From Actinomycetota bacterium (lineage in GTDB: Bacteria; Actinomycetota; Acidimicrobiia; Acidimicrobiales; GCA-2861595), in the NCBI GenBank assembly GCA_052387235.1, contig JBQTJJ010000033.1, forward strand, positions 4,052-68,051: 64,000 nucleotides of DNA, written 5' to 3'. Positions 47,636 through 55,663 of this stretch are shown in pieces. The first letter of the stretch is position 1. The number at the start of each line of letters is the position of its first letter. The notes beneath the pieces are model-generated. The model worked only from the letters and a program-made list of their open reading frames with translations, searched no databases and had not been told where the DNA came from. Both the position numbers and the translations under genes were made by a program.

Positions 47636-47650
47636 GGCAGGCCCTTAGTC

Positions 47651-48040
47651 TTAGGGGCCGCCGACGACGGCCTCGGCCTCGATCTCGACCTTCCAGCGCG
47701 GGTCCAGCAGGTCGGCCACCACCACGATGGTGGACGCCGGCGAGGTGGCGCCCAGGGCGGCCCGGTGCGCCTCCCCCACCGCGTCGGCGTAGCCGGCGCT
47801 GGTGACGAACATGCGGGTGCGCACCACGTCGGCCATGGAGGCGCCGGCGTCCGCCAGCGCGGCGGCGATGATCTCGATGCAGCGGCGGGCCTGGGCGCCC
47901 GGGTCGGGGTCGCACCCGCCGTCGGGCCAGATCGGCGCCGTTCCCGACACCAGCACCCGGTCGCCCACCCGCACGGCCCGGCAGAAGCCCAGGGCCGCCT
48001 CGTAGGGCGAGCCGGACGTGACCCGCCGGCGTTCGGCCAT
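47651..48040 (-). CDS. RidA/YjgF-family protein
   Basis: 129 aa with the GDRVLVSGT...VRTRMFV...PA.T.V.V..L..P...VEIEAEA pattern. Confidence 0.85.
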   Translation of the reverse strand: MAERRRVTSGSPYEAALGFCRAVRVGDRVLVSGTAPIWPDGGCDPDPGAQARRCIEIIAAALADAGASMADVVRTRMFVTSAGYADAVGEAHRAALGATSPASTIVVVADLLDPRWKVEIEAEAVVGGP

Positions 48041-48116
48041 GCGGGTCAGGCTAGGGGACCGGTGTCCTTGCCCGGCGGCGGCGTCAGAGCCGCGACAGGA
48101 GCCGGCCTCCTGGGGT

Positions 48117-48974
48117 TCAGGCCGAGATCGAGGTGGGGAACGGGCGGGGGGTGCCCAGCCGGTCCCGGAAGTTCGAGGCCGAGGCCACGGCGGCGACGTA
48201 GGCAGCCTTGCGCCGGGCCACGCGGGGGCTGTCGCCGGCGTCCTTGACGGACTCGGGGTCGAGCTGGGAGGTCATGCCGTCCTTGAGCAGGGCCATGGCC
48301 TTGGAGCGCATCTGGGAGATCCGGGAGGCGCTGACGCCGAGGTCGTCGGCCAGCTCCTGCATGGACCGCTCCTCGAAGAAGTAGCCCACCACCACCTGGC
48401 GCAGGCGCTCGGGCAGCGCCGAGACGGCGTCGAGCAGGTAGGAACGGCGTTCCCGTTCGAGCAGGACGAGGTCGGGGCTGCGGTCATCGGCCGGCAGCGA
48501 CCACTCGCTCGTGCCGTCGATGACGATGGACTCGTAGTTGAGGACGACGGAGCGGTGGATGTCGTCGGTGAGGGCGTGGACGGCCTGGTCGGCCATGCCC
48601 AGCTTGGCGGCCAGCTCCGGAGTGGTGGGGGTGCGGCCCAGCTCGGCGGTGAGCTCGTCGGTCGCGGCCAGCATGGCGCGGGCCTTGGTGCGCACCGAGC
48701 GGCTGGCCCAGTCGCGGCTGCGCAGCTCGTCGAGCAGGGCGCCGCGGATGCGGGCCGAGGCGTAGTGGTCGAAGCTGATGTCGCGGTCGGGGTCGAACGC
48801 CCGGGCCGCCTGGGCCAGCCCGGCCATGGCGGCCGATACCAGCTCGTCCCTCGGCACGTGTCTGGGGAGGCGGTTGAGGAGGTGGTTGACGGCGTAGTCC
48901 ACCAGGGCAAGGTTGTCCCGCACGAGCGCCGCCTCGAGGTCCCGCCTGCCCTGCTCCACCGCAATCGTTGCCAT
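48117..48974 (-). CDS. FliA/WhiG-family (group 3) RNA polymerase sigma factor
   Basis: 285 aa. GLAQAARAFDP...F..YASARIRGALLDELRSRDWASRSVR (regions 2-3) and LRQVVVGYFFEERSMQELADDLGVSASRISQMRSKA (region 4). ATG at 48972-48974; the track ORF extends to 49814. Confidence 0.85.
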   Translation of the reverse strand: MATIAVEQGRRDLEAALVRDNLALVDYAVNHLLNRLPRHVPRDELVSAAMAGLAQAARAFDPDRDISFDHYASARIRGALLDELRSRDWASRSVRTKARAMLAATDELTAELGRTPTTPELAAKLGMADQAVHALTDDIHRSVVLNYESIVIDGTSEWSLPADDRSPDLVLLERERRSYLLDAVSALPERLRQVVVGYFFEERSMQELADDLGVSASRISQMRSKAMALLKDGMTSQLDPESVKDAGDSPRVARRKAAYVAAVASASNFRDRLGTPRPFPTSISA

Positions 48975-49044
48975 GGAGCAAAAGGTCACCGAAAAGGGGC
49001 ATCCGGCGCATCGGCCGGAGGGCTGAACCTGTCCGCCGCACCCA

Positions 49045-49077
49045 TCCGATCGGGCCATGCCACAAGGCCCGATCGGA
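49045..49077. promoter_or_regulatory. Perfect 12-bp inverted repeat between the sigma-factor gene and the divergent atypical regulator
   Basis: TCCGATCGGGCC-atgccacaa-GGCCCGATCGGA, 71 nt from the sigma ATG and 66 nt from the regulator GTG. Confidence 0.35.
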
Positions 49078-49142
49078 CTAGTCATTCCGGCGCGGGCCGG
49101 TCGTCGGGGGCCGCGCCGGCATGGCGACAGTAGAGTGGCGGC

Positions 49143-49805
49143 GTGGACCAGCACGGCCCGCCGTCCGCGGTCGTGGTCGACGAGTGGCCGCTCGTCCGGG
49201 TGGGTATCGCACAGACGCTGCGGAGCCTCGACATCGACGTGCTGGCCGAGGTCTCCCAGGGCGAGGAGGCGGTGCGGGCGGTCGAGGCCGGCCGGGCCCG
49301 GTACCTCCTGATCGGCACGGCCCGCGACCTGTCGCTGCCGGAGACGGCCCGCCGGGCCCGGGCCCTGCAGGCCGCGCCGAAGATCCTGGTGCTGGTCGAC
49401 CAGATCGGGCGGGACGACGTGGACGCGCTGCGCGCCGTCGGCATCGACGCCCTGCTGCCCCGGTCGGTGAGCCCGTCCGACCTGGCCGACGCCGTGTCCC
49501 GGGTGAGCCGGGGCGAGCGGGTGGTGGCACCTGCCCTGCTGTCCATGCTGGTGGGCTTCCTCGGCCCGTCCGGGAACGGCGAGGAGCCGCCGCTCCCGGC
49601 CGGGCATCCCGAGGCGCTCACCCGCAAGGAGCTGGAGGTCCTGGCCCGGCTCTCCGAGGGACGCACCAACCGGGAGATCGCCGACGCCCTGTACATCACG
49701 CCGGCCACCGTGAAGTCCCATCTGGCGCACATCTACGTGAAACTGGGCGTCACCGGCCGCCAGGAGGCCATGGCGAGGGCCGTGGCCCTCGGACTTCTGG
49801 GCTGA
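49143..49805 (+). CDS. Atypical NarL/LuxR-family response regulator (degenerate receiver; WhiI/BldM-like class)
   Basis: C-terminal LuxR HTH (LTRKELEVLARLSEGRTNREIADALYITPATVKSHLAHIY). In the receiver, the phospho-acceptor position aligns to Gly (YLLIGTARD) and the conserved Lys position to Pro/Arg (ALLPRS). Confidence 0.8.
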   Translation: MDQHGPPSAVVVDEWPLVRVGIAQTLRSLDIDVLAEVSQGEEAVRAVEAGRARYLLIGTARDLSLPETARRARALQAAPKILVLVDQIGRDDVDALRAVGIDALLPRSVSPSDLADAVSRVSRGERVVAPALLSMLVGFLGPSGNGEEPPLPAGHPEALTRKELEVLARLSEGRTNREIADALYITPATVKSHLAHIYVKLGVTGRQEAMARAVALGLLG

Positions 49806-49845
49806 AGCACTCACAGCCTGGCCGTTCGCGCCGATCTGAGACTAC

Positions 49846-50361
49846 GTGGCAGACCGGCTCAGCGACCTCTCGGAGGTGCTCTGGCGGGAGCGTGAGGCCC
49901 TCGAGCTCGTGGTCTTCAAGTTGGAGGAGCAGCGGCTGTTGCTGCGCGAGGGGCGGTGCCGGTGGCTGGGACACGCCAGCCGCGAGGTCGACGTCGTCCT
50001 CGACCAGCTGACCGAGATGGAGCTCAACCGGGCCGTGGCCTCCGCCGCGGCCGCGGCCGAGCTCGGCGTCGCCGACAGCGCCCAGCTGTGCGTGCTGGCC
50101 GCCGCTGCGCCGTCGCCGTGGCCGTCGGTGCTGGCCCGCCACATCGAGGCCCTGCGCCGCCTGGCCGAGGAGATCCTCGTGCTCGCCGACGAGAACCGCC
50201 GGCTGCTGCGGGAGGGCCTGGCCTGCGTCCGGCGCACGATCGGCGCCCGCCCCGGGAGGGCGTCCACCCGGATGCTGGTGGACGCCGCATCCTTCCAGGC
50301 CGCGCTGTCCACCAACGAGCGGGTCCTCCACCCCTCCCTGGTCGACGCCGTCCGGGGTTGA
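49846..50361 (+). CDS. FlgN-like coiled-coil protein (flagellar export chaperone family resemblance)
   Basis: 171 aa. LSEVLWREREALELVVFKLEEQRLLL...RWL..ASREVD.VL resembles actinobacterial FlgN as I remember it. GTG start. Confidence 0.5.
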   Translation: MADRLSDLSEVLWREREALELVVFKLEEQRLLLREGRCRWLGHASREVDVVLDQLTEMELNRAVASAAAAAELGVADSAQLCVLAAAAPSPWPSVLARHIEALRRLAEEILVLADENRRLLREGLACVRRTIGARPGRASTRMLVDAASFQAALSTNERVLHPSLVDAVRG

Positions 50362-50403
50362 GCGCCGTCCGGGGTCGAGCGCCGCTGGTCGTAGGCTGGC
50401 CCC

Positions 50404-50742
50404 ATGGGGTTCACCCGCCGCCCGCAGGCACCTGAGGTCGACACCGCCGAGCTGGCCTCGGCCCTGGACGAGGGCGCGGTCCTGGTCGACGTGCGCATGG
50501 CCGACGAGTACGAGGAGATGCACGTCCCCGGCGCCCGTCTCATCCCCCTCCCCGAGCTGGGCAGCCGCACCGACGAGGTCCCCGGCAGCCAGCGGGTCTA
50601 CGTGATCTGCGCCTCCGGGAGCCGCAGCCTCGCCGCGGCCGAGGCCCTCAACCGGGCCGGCTGGGACACGGTGTCGGTGGCGGGCGGCACCAGGGCGTGG
50701 GCGGCCGAGGGCCGTCCCGTCCGCACCGGCCCCGACGCCTGA
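50404..50742 (+). CDS. Single-domain rhodanese sulfurtransferase
   Basis: 112 aa. VLVDVRMADEYEEMHVPGARLIP, and an active-site loop ICASGSRS. Confidence 0.85.
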   Translation: MGFTRRPQAPEVDTAELASALDEGAVLVDVRMADEYEEMHVPGARLIPLPELGSRTDEVPGSQRVYVICASGSRSLAAAEALNRAGWDTVSVAGGTRAWAAEGRPVRTGPDA

Positions 50743-50750
50743 CCCGGCCC

Positions 50751-51533
50751 CTACGGAGCCGCGCCGGCCCGGTCGGCGCGGCGGTCCTCCCTGGCCGCCT
50801 GGCGCTCCTCGTGGCCCATCCACTGGGCCGCCACCACCAGGACCGCCACCAGGCCGAGCAGGTCGCCGCCGGCCCAGAGCACGGCGGTGCCGGCCCGGTG
50901 GTCGGCGAGGGTGTGCTCGGGCGCCAGCGGGCGGGCACCGAGCAGGGCCATCCCGAGCACGGCGTGGAAGGGGATGGCGAGGAACACCATGAGCAGGCGG
51001 GCGCCGTGCGGCAGGCGCCGCGGCGCCGGGTCGACGCCGAGGACGGGCCAGAAGAACAGGGCGCCGGCGACCAGGAAGTGGACGTGCAGCAGCTCGTGGA
51101 GCCAGGCCGACTCGAGTGAGAGCCGGTAGAGGGGAGTGAGGTAGAGCGCCAGCAGCGAGCCCCCGAACAGGGCCCAGACGGTGAGGGGATGGGCGGCCAC
51201 CGCCGCCGGCCGGCTGTGGAGGACGGCCAGCATCCGCCGCCTGGTGGCGCGCCCGCCGGCCTGGAGGGCGAGGGTCACGGGGGCGGACAGGGCGAAGAGG
51301 GCGGGCGCCACCATCCCGAGCAGCAGGTGCTGGACGGCGTGGCCGGCGAAGCTGCGCTCCCCGTCCACCAGCAGGGCCGCCGCGACCGCCCCCGCCCCGG
51401 CCGCGAAGGACGCGGTGCGGGCCGGGGGCCACGAGCGCCGCACCCGGCGGCTGGCCGAGACGTACCAGATCAGGGCGAATGCCAGGAACGGGCCGGCGGC
51501 CACGCCGGCCACTGTAAGGTCTCGCCGTGACAC
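50751..51533 (-). CDS. ctaG: Cytochrome c oxidase assembly protein (caa3-type CtaG family)
   Basis: Polytopic. FAGHAVQHLLLGMVAPALFALSAPVTLAL and HELLHVHFLVAGALFFWPVLG are typical motifs. The GTG at 51533 overlaps the divergent ctaE start, so the true start may be the GTG at 51512. Confidence 0.75.
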   Translation of the reverse strand: MSRRDLTVAGVAAGPFLAFALIWYVSASRRVRRSWPPARTASFAAGAGAVAAALLVDGERSFAGHAVQHLLLGMVAPALFALSAPVTLALQAGGRATRRRMLAVLHSRPAAVAAHPLTVWALFGGSLLALYLTPLYRLSLESAWLHELLHVHFLVAGALFFWPVLGVDPAPRRLPHGARLLMVFLAIPFHAVLGMALLGARPLAPEHTLADHRAGTAVLWAGGDLLGLVAVLVVAAQWMGHEERQAAREDRRADRAGAAP

Positions 51534-52102
51534 AGCCCGTCACGGTCGGACACGATGCCTCGAGGCCCTCCATGCTCGGCGTGGGCACCATGGTGTGGCT
51601 GGCGTCGGAACTGATGTTCTTCAGCGGCCTCTTCGCGGCGTGGTTCACCCTCCGGTCCGCGGCCGCGTCGTGGCCGCCCGCCGACGTCGACCTCGAAGTG
51701 GCCCGGGGCGCCCTGTTCACGGCCGTCCTGCTCTCGTCCAGCGGCTCCATGCAGCTGGCGGTGTGGGCCATCGAGCGGGGTGACACGGCCAGGGCCCGGC
51801 GCTGGCTCGTCCTCACCGCCGCCCTGGCCGTGGTGTTCCTGGGCAACCAGGCCAGCGAGTGGCTGTCGCTCGAGTTCACGCCGTCCACCCACGCCTACGG
51901 CTCGATCTTCTACCTGCTCACCGGCTTCCACGGCATCCACGTGCTGGGCGGGGTGCTGGCCATGGGCGCCGTGCTCGGCCGGCTGGCCGGCCGGGTCCCC
52001 GACCCCGGCGCCGTGCCGGTGGTGCAGGTCGTCGGGTACTACTGGCACTTCGTCGACGTGGTGTGGATCGCCGTCTTCTTCACGGTGTTCCTGCTCGGCT
52101 GA
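51527..52102 (+). CDS. ctaE: Cytochrome c oxidase subunit III
   Basis: HDASRPSMLGVGTMVWLASELMFFSGLFA aligns with the N-terminus of actinobacterial CtaE, and YYWHFVDVVWI lies near the C-terminus. Confidence 0.9.
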   Translation: MTQPVTVGHDASRPSMLGVGTMVWLASELMFFSGLFAAWFTLRSAAASWPPADVDLEVARGALFTAVLLSSSGSMQLAVWAIERGDTARARRWLVLTAALAVVFLGNQASEWLSLEFTPSTHAYGSIFYLLTGFHGIHVLGGVLAMGAVLGRLAGRVPDPGAVPVVQVVGYYWHFVDVVWIAVFFTVFLLG

Positions 52103-52851
52103 TGGGCAGGCGGCGGACGGCGGCGCTGGTGGTGTGCGGCGGCCTGGCGGCCCTGGGCCTCACCGCCGGGTCGCCGCCGGCGGCCCGGGCGCAGGCCGAG
52201 ACCCCGCCGCCTGCGGACGACCGGGGCCGCACGCTCTACACCACGGGCTGCTCGAGCTGTCACGGGATCGACGCCGAGGGCACCGAGCAGGCCCCCCGCC
52301 TGCAGGGTGTGGGGGCGGCGTCGCTCGACTTCTGGCTGTCCACCGGGCGCATGCCGCTGAAGACGAACCAGCGCCAGGCCGTGCGCAAGCCGCCCGCCTA
52401 CGACCGGGAGCAGATCGACGCCATCGTCGACTACGTCACGTCGCTCGCGCCGGGCGGCCCCGAGATCCCGGAGCTGGACGTGGCGGGCGCCGACCTGGTC
52501 GAGGGCGGCGAGCTGTTCCGGGCCAACTGCGCCGCCTGTCACGGGGCCGCCGGCATCGGCGGCGCCCTGGCCTCGGCCCGGCACGCCCCGGCCCTGCGCC
52601 CGGCCACGGCCCGCCAGGTGGCGGAGGCCGTGCGCATCGGCCCGGGTGCCATGCCCGCCTTCGGGCCCGACACGTTCACGGACGAGCAGGTGGCTGCGAT
52701 CGTGAGGTACGTCGAGGACCTCGACCACCCCGACGACGAGGGCGGCTTCGGCCTCGGCCACGCCGGCCCCGTCCCCGAGGGCTTCGTGGGCTGGCTGCTG
52801 GGCCTCGGCGCCATGCTGCTGGCCTGCTACTGGATCGGCGAGAGGGAGTGA
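52102..52851 (+). CDS. qcrC: Dihaem cytochrome c subunit of the bc1 complex
   Basis: Two CxxCH motifs (CSSCH, CAACH), a signal/TM N-terminus and a C-terminal TM anchor. ATG overlaps the ctaE TGA by 1 nt. Confidence 0.9.
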   Translation: MGRRRTAALVVCGGLAALGLTAGSPPAARAQAETPPPADDRGRTLYTTGCSSCHGIDAEGTEQAPRLQGVGAASLDFWLSTGRMPLKTNQRQAVRKPPAYDREQIDAIVDYVTSLAPGGPEIPELDVAGADLVEGGELFRANCAACHGAAGIGGALASARHAPALRPATARQVAEAVRIGPGAMPAFGPDTFTDEQVAAIVRYVEDLDHPDDEGGFGLGHAGPVPEGFVGWLLGLGAMLLACYWIGERE

Positions 52852-53741
52852 GGCCCACCACCGACGCCGAGCGCCGCACCGAGCGGGCCGTGGGCGTCGC
52901 CCTCGTGGTCAGCGCCGCGGGCGCACTGGGCCTGGCCGCCGTGTTCGCGGCCGGCGGCCAGCCCCAGGCCGAGGGCGTCCTGCTGTTCGTGTCGCTGGGC
53001 TCGCTGGGCTACGCCCTGGCCGCGTGGGGCAAGCACCTCCTGCCCCCCGGCCCCTTCGTCCAGCAGCGCCACCCCCTCGACGAGGTCGACCCGGCCCCCG
53101 CGCCGGTGTCCCGGCTGGTGCGCCCGGAGACGGGCGAGCCCGGGCCCGGGCCCGACGCCGAGCCGGTGGCCGAGGTCTTCGGCCGGCGCCCGTTCCTGAC
53201 CAAGCTGCTCCTCGGGGCCATGGGCGCCCTGGGCCTGGCGGCGCTGTTCCCCATCCGCTCCCTGGGGCCCGACCCCGGCCGCAGCCTGTTCCGCACGAAC
53301 TGGCGCAAGGGCTCGCTCGTCGTCACCGAGGAGGGACGCCCGGTGAAGGTGGGCGATCTGGAGGTGGGCGGCGTCCTCACCGTCTTCCCCAAGGGCTTCG
53401 TGGGGTCGGCCGACTCCCAGACCCTGCTCATCCGCGCCGTGGAGGACGACCTCGTCACCCGCCCCGGGAGGGAGGGCTGGGCGCCCGGCGGGCACGTGGC
53501 GTACTCCAAGGTCTGCACCCACGCCGGCTGCCCCGTCGGCCTCTACCAGGTGGGCACCAAGGAGCTGCTCTGCCCCTGCCACCAGTCGCTGTTCGACGTG
53601 GTCGACGGGGCCCGGCCCGTGTTCGGCCCCGCCACCCGGTCGCTGCCCCAGCTCGCCCTCGAGGTGGACGGGGACGGGTACCTCCGGGCCCAGGGCGACT
53701 ACCGCGAGGCCATCGGCCCCGCCTTCTGGGAGCGCCCGTGA
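52848..53741 (+). CDS. qcrA: Rieske iron-sulfur subunit of the bc1 complex
   Basis: CTHAGC...CPCHQS Rieske motifs, with N-terminal TM helices. GTG overlaps the qcrC stop (GTGA). Confidence 0.9.
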   Translation: MRPTTDAERRTERAVGVALVVSAAGALGLAAVFAAGGQPQAEGVLLFVSLGSLGYALAAWGKHLLPPGPFVQQRHPLDEVDPAPAPVSRLVRPETGEPGPGPDAEPVAEVFGRRPFLTKLLLGAMGALGLAALFPIRSLGPDPGRSLFRTNWRKGSLVVTEEGRPVKVGDLEVGGVLTVFPKGFVGSADSQTLLIRAVEDDLVTRPGREGWAPGGHVAYSKVCTHAGCPVGLYQVGTKELLCPCHQSLFDVVDGARPVFGPATRSLPQLALEVDGDGYLRAQGDYREAIGPAFWERP

Positions 53742-55144
53742 TCAAGCGGGCCAACCGCTGGTTCGACGAGCGCCTCGGTGTGTCCGGCTTCGTCCGCACC
53801 GCCTTGAACAAGGTCTTCCCGGACCACTGGTCGTTCATGCTGGGCGAGATCGCGCTCTATTCGTTCCTCGTCCTGCTCATCACCGGCGTCTACCTCACCT
53901 TCTTCTTCGAGCCCAGCCTCAAGGAGGTCGTCTACGACGGGTCCTACGGGCCGCTCAAGGGCGTGGAGATGTCCCAGGCCTACGAGTCCACCCTGAGGAT
54001 CAGCTTCGAGGTGCGCTCGGGGATGGTGATGCGCCAGATGCACCACTGGGCCGCCCTCGTGTTCCTGGCCGCCATCGTCGTGCACGTGGGCCGGGTGTTC
54101 TTCACCGGCGCCTTCCGCCGGCCCCGGGAGCTGAACTGGGTCGTCGGGGTCACCCTGCTGATCCTGGCCATGGCCAACGGCTTCGCCGGCTACTCCCTTC
54201 CGGACGACCAGCTGTCGGGCACCGGCCTGCGCATCGCCTACTCCATCGCCCTGTCCATCCCGTTCGCCGGCACCTGGGTGGCCTACCTGCTCTTCGGGGG
54301 CGAGTTCCCGGCCGAGTCGATCATCTCCCGCCTGTACGTGATCCACGTGCTGCTCCTGCCGGCCGTCATCATGGGGCTTCTGGTGGCCCACATGGCCATC
54401 CTGTGGCGCCAGAAGCACACCCAGTTCCGGGGCAGGGGCAAGACGGAGGAGAACGTGGTGGGGTCGCGCCTGTGGCCCAGCTACGCCCTCAAGAGCACGG
54501 GGTTCCTCTTCATGCTGGTGGCGGTGCTGGGCGCCCTCGGGGGGCTGGCCCAGATCAACCCCGTCTGGCTCTACGGGCCCTTCCGGCCGGCCGACGTGAG
54601 CGCCGCCTCCCAGCCCGACTGGTACGTGGGCTGGCTCGACGGCGCCCTCCGCCTGTTCCCGGCGTGGGAGATCCGCGCCTTCGGCCGCACCGTCCCGGCC
54701 GTGTTCTTCCCCGGGGTGCTGCTGCCGACCGTCAGCTTCGGGCTGCTGTACGCGTGGCCGTTCCTGGAGGCCCGGTTCACCAAGGAGAACGACCGGGAGT
54801 ACCACCTGCTCGACCGCCCCCGGGAGCGGCCGCTGCGGACCGGCATCGGGACGGCCGTGATCAGCTTCTACGTGGTGCTGTTCTTCGCCGCCGCCACCGA
54901 CGTCCTGGCCACCGTGTTCGAGGTGTCGGTCACCGGCCTGCTGGTGGCGTTCCGGGTGCTGCTGCTCGGGCTGCCGCCGGTGGTGGGCTACGTCACGTAC
55001 CGGCTGTGCAGGGAGGCGGCGGCCCTGCCGGACCAGGAGGCGGGGCCGCCGCAGGTGCGGCGCTCGCCCGCCGGCGGCTACGAGACCGTTTCCACCGGAG
55101 AAGCGGTCGGCGGGAGTGGGCACGAGCCGGCCGAGGGGAAGTAG
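53738..55144 (+). CDS. qcrB: Cytochrome b subunit of the bc1 complex
   Basis: FPDHWSFMLGEIALYSF...RQMHHWAA and later haem-ligand His residues. 468 aa. GTG overlaps the qcrA stop. Confidence 0.95.
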   Translation: MIKRANRWFDERLGVSGFVRTALNKVFPDHWSFMLGEIALYSFLVLLITGVYLTFFFEPSLKEVVYDGSYGPLKGVEMSQAYESTLRISFEVRSGMVMRQMHHWAALVFLAAIVVHVGRVFFTGAFRRPRELNWVVGVTLLILAMANGFAGYSLPDDQLSGTGLRIAYSIALSIPFAGTWVAYLLFGGEFPAESIISRLYVIHVLLLPAVIMGLLVAHMAILWRQKHTQFRGRGKTEENVVGSRLWPSYALKSTGFLFMLVAVLGALGGLAQINPVWLYGPFRPADVSAASQPDWYVGWLDGALRLFPAWEIRAFGRTVPAVFFPGVLLPTVSFGLLYAWPFLEARFTKENDREYHLLDRPRERPLRTGIGTAVISFYVVLFFAAATDVLATVFEVSVTGLLVAFRVLLLGLPPVVGYVTYRLCREAAALPDQEAGPPQVRRSPAGGYETVSTGEAVGGSGHEPAEGK

Positions 55145-55279
55145 CGGCCCGCCGGCGTTTCTCGTCTCAGTTTGCGCCCCGTGAGGGCGGTAACTGCACG
55201 CGGAATGCCCCGGTAAGACCGGCGCGGCCTGGCACCGCCCGTGGGGGGGCCTGGTCCGCGCCCCGCGCGGGTGGACTGT

Positions 55280-55663
55280 TCAGCGGGGGCGGCTGGACAC
55301 GATGGCGCCGCACGCCGCGATCACGATGAGGGCGGCGCCGGGGACGGCCGGCCAGATGCCGAAGGCGATGCCGTTGGCGGCCAGCACGGCGCCGGTGGCG
55401 AGCAGCACGGGCCAGGCGGTGGGCCCCGGGAACGACCCCACCCGCCCGGCGCCCTCGGCCATGGCGGCGTCGGTGCGGTCCTCGGGGCGGGGCGCCATCC
55501 GCCGGGCCCACCACAGGAGCCACGCCCCGGGCATGAGCCCGAGGCCGATGGTCACCAGCAGCATGGTGGAGCCGGCCACCTCGTAGCTGGTGAACCAGTA
55601 GAGGGCCGTGATCACCGAGAAGAAGGCGGCCGTTCCGAGGAAGACGAGGCCCTCGGTCCTCAC
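55280..55663 (-). CDS. ctaF: Cytochrome c oxidase subunit IV (actinobacterial CtaF)
   Basis: 127 aa with four TM segments ([17 protein letters not shown]...). GTG overlaps the ctaD stop (GTGA). Track ORF 55280..57271 is a shadow extension. Confidence 0.8.
   Translation of the reverse strand: MRTEGLVFLGTAAFFSVITALYWFTSYEVAGSTMLLVTIGLGLMPGAWLLWWARRMAPRPEDRTDAAMAEGAGRVGSFPGPTAWPVLLATGAVLAANGIAFGIWPAVPGAALIVIAACGAIVSSRPR

Noticed and set aside
49846-50361. The possibility that the 171-aa protein next to the WhiG-type sigma factor is an RsiG-like c-di-GMP-dependent anti-sigma factor.
   Set aside because: I looked for the E-x3-S-x2-R-x3-Q-x3-D motif in both helical regions and found no match. The sequence looks more like FlgN. 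This is not excluded experimentally.
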